A program made the translations under genes and the position numbers. 24,000 bases of DNA from contig CAWCUF010000007.1 of assembly GCA_963798745.1 (NCBI GenBank), forward strand, positions 85,496 to 109,495, written 5' to 3'. The DNA comes from an uncultured Actinomycetes bacterium (lineage in GTDB: Bacteria; Actinomycetota; Actinomycetes; S36-B12; CAIYMF01). This document shows positions 22,324-24,000 of this stretch, one piece after another. Under the pieces are notes generated by a model, which saw nothing but the letters and a program-made list of their open reading frames with translations, did no database searches and was not told the origin of the DNA. How positions within the stretch are numbered: the stretch's first letter is position 1; each line of letters opens with the position of its first letter.

Positions 22324-23246
22324 TCGTCACAGTCACCCTCAACCCCAGCCTCGACCGGACGCTGGCCATTGCCGCCCTCGAGCGCGGAGAGGTCATCCGC
22401 GCCGACTCCACGCAGGAGGACCCGGGTGGCAAGGGGGTGAACGTCACGCGCTTCCTGACTGCCCACGGCACCGAGTCGGTGGCCGTGCTGCCTGCCGGTG
22501 GCTCGATCGGCCGAGGCCTGCTCGGGCTGCTGGCCGAGGCAGGGATCCCGCACCGCGCCATCGGGATCACCGGCACCACCCGCGCAAACGTGACGGTGGT
22601 CGAGCCCGACGGCACGACCACCAAGCTCAACGAAGCCGGCCCCGAGTTGTCGGGCGAGGACGTCGAGCACCTGCTCGGCGCGGTGGCCGAGCTGATCACA
22701 CCCGGGGGCTGGGTCGTCGTGGCCGGCAGCCTGCCCGCAGACCTCGACACCGGCGTCGTGGCGCAGCTCGCCGAGGCCGCACGCACCGCGGGGGCCCGGT
22801 TCGCCCTCGACGCCAGCGGGGCAGCCCTGGCCGACGGACTCGCCGCACACCCGGACCTCATCAAGCCCAACGCCGAGGAGCTCGGCGAGGTCCTCGGGCG
22901 CGAACTGGGCACCCTCGACGAGGTCCTGGTCGGGTGTGACGAGGCCCGCGCTCGCGGCGCCGAGGCCGTCATCTGCAGTCTCGGTGCCGAGGGCGCCGTG
23001 CTCGTGGACGGCAGCGGCCGCTGGCTGGCCAAGGGCCCGAAGGTAGCCGTGCTCAGCACCGTCGGCGCCGGGGACAGCCTGCTCTCGGGCTTCCTGCACG
23101 CCGGTGGCTCCGGCCCGGAGGCGCTGCGCGTGGGCATCGCCTGGGCCACCGCAGCCGTGCAGACCCCGGGCACGGGTGTGCCGCCCGCCGAACTGATCGA
23201 TCCCGACGCCGTGGAGGTGATGGACATCGCCGCTGAGCCCGCCTGA
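22320..23246 (+). CDS. fruK: 1-phosphofructokinase (PfkB family)
   Basis: The N-terminus is MIVTVTLNPSLDRT...GGKGVNVTRFL. The C-terminal motif is GAGDSLLSGFL. The gene sits between fruR and the PTS fructose gene. Confidence 0.9.
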   Translation: MIVTVTLNPSLDRTLAIAALERGEVIRADSTQEDPGGKGVNVTRFLTAHGTESVAVLPAGGSIGRGLLGLLAEAGIPHRAIGITGTTRANVTVVEPDGTTTKLNEAGPELSGEDVEHLLGAVAELITPGGWVVVAGSLPADLDTGVVAQLAEAARTAGARFALDASGAALADGLAAHPDLIKPNAEELGEVLGRELGTLDEVLVGCDEARARGAEAVICSLGAEGAVLVDGSGRWLAKGPKVAVLSTVGAGDSLLSGFLHAGGSGPEALRVGIAWATAAVQTPGTGVPPAELIDPDAVEVMDIAAEPA

Positions 23247-23343
23247 TCCGTGCGCCTCGGTAGCCGGTCCTGCCCCGCGGACCCACCCCTCCCTGAGCCC
23301 ACGCCCAACTGCCCGACCCGCTTGTCCACCTGGAGGTCATGAC

Positions 23344-24000
23344 ATGAACGTCAACACCACAGAACTCGTCGAGCTGACCCTCGACGACTTCGCCACCACG
23401 AAGGACCAGGCGATCGACCGCCTGGTCGCCGTGGCCGAAGCAGCCGGTCGGGCAACCGACCCGGTTGCGCTGCGTGCCGATGTCGCGGCGCGCGAGGAGC
23501 TGCTGCCCACCGGCATCGAGGGCGGCATCGGCATCCCGCACGCCCGGTCCGCCGGCGTCGGGGAGGCCACCGTCGTCTTCGGCCGGTCCCGTTCCGGCAT
23601 CGACTGGGGTGCTGCCGACGGCCCCGCCAAGCTCGTGTTCCTGATCGCCGTGCCCGAGGGCGGTGGTGACGAGCACCTCACGCTGCTCGCCAGCCTGTCG
23701 CGGGCGTTGATGAAGGCGGAGTTCCGCGAGACGCTGCTCGGTGCCACCGATCCCCAGGTGGTCGCCGACACCATCAACTCGGCCGCGAACCCCGAATCCG
23801 CCGCTGCGACCGCACCGGCCACGGCTGCCGACCCGGCCGCAGCCTCTGCCCAGCCACCGACCAGCGCGGCACTCGACGCGCCAGCGGCCAGTGGGCCACC
23901 CACCGCGGCCGCCACTGCCGCAGCGACCGGCGCACCGGCGGCCGGCCCCAGGCCGATGAAGTTCGTCGGCGTCACCTCCTGCCCGACCGGCATCGCGCAC
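23344..24000 (+). CDS. fruA: PTS fructose-class transporter EIIA-EIIB(-EIIC), 5' part (runs off the right edge)
   Basis: This ORF is not in the track because it is open-ended. I translated it by hand from ATG 23344, with TGGAGGT 6 nt upstream. EIIA carries GIGIPHARS (active His), followed by an Ala/Pro-rich linker. EIIB begins KFVGVTSCPTGIAH (active Cys). Confidence 0.88.
   Translation, partial: MNVNTTELVELTLDDFATTKDQAIDRLVAVAEAAGRATDPVALRADVAAREELLPTGIEGGIGIPHARSAGVGEATVVFGRSRSGIDWGAADGPAKLVFLIAVPEGGGDEHLTLLASLSRALMKAEFRETLLGATDPQVVADTINSAANPESAAATAPATAADPAAASAQPPTSAALDAPAASGPPTAAATAAATGAPAAGPRPMKFVGVTSCPTGIAH

Overview
High-G+C, actinobacterial-type chromosomal window, densely coding with about 24 genes. 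I recognise no transposase, integrase, CRISPR, tRNA/rRNA or defence gene.

Gene order, left to right:
- A translationally coupled PadR / ABC-ATPase / 966-aa double-FtsX permease operon (343-4573, +).
- A minus-strand mannitol-class PTS operon: mtlA EIICBA, then an internally deleted Zn-dehydrogenase remnant, a 13-bp hairpin, and a DeoR regulator (8202-4744).
- A divergent SorC-type regulator.
- A 540-bp gene-free, repeat-rich tract (9380-9921).
- A 54-aa membrane protein, a Maa/LacA-type acetyltransferase and a YczE-like membrane protein.
- An RDD-domain membrane protein whose N-terminus is 16 perfect-period octapeptide Pro repeats.
- A sulfotransferase-like P-loop protein and a 60-aa YegP/DUF1508 protein.
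- An envelope cluster: GH3 NagZ-like lipoprotein, a coupled large lipoprotein, and a GT87/DUF2029 glycosyltransferase broken by a 1-nt frameshift.
- A polar amino-acid ABC transporter (SBP, permease with an apparent frameshift, ATPase).
- A fruR-fruK-fruA (PTS EIIABC, runs off the right edge) operon.

I cannot point to a clear novel multi-gene system. The signals that ordinary annotation does not explain are:
- A family of hairpin-forming intergenic repeats at 9595-9675 and, mirrored, at 21339-21420, with a related element at 4621-4711. Each copy keeps its own complementary arm.
- A (GTGGCC)n hexanucleotide array and a C-rich 14-bp tandem repeat in the same gene-free tract.
- The 16 x 8-residue repeat protein.
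- Three disrupted genes within 15 kb (one in-frame internal deletion, two frameshifts).
- Operator-like repeat sets in front of padR and fruR.

All functional calls come from by-eye motif recognition. No database search was run.
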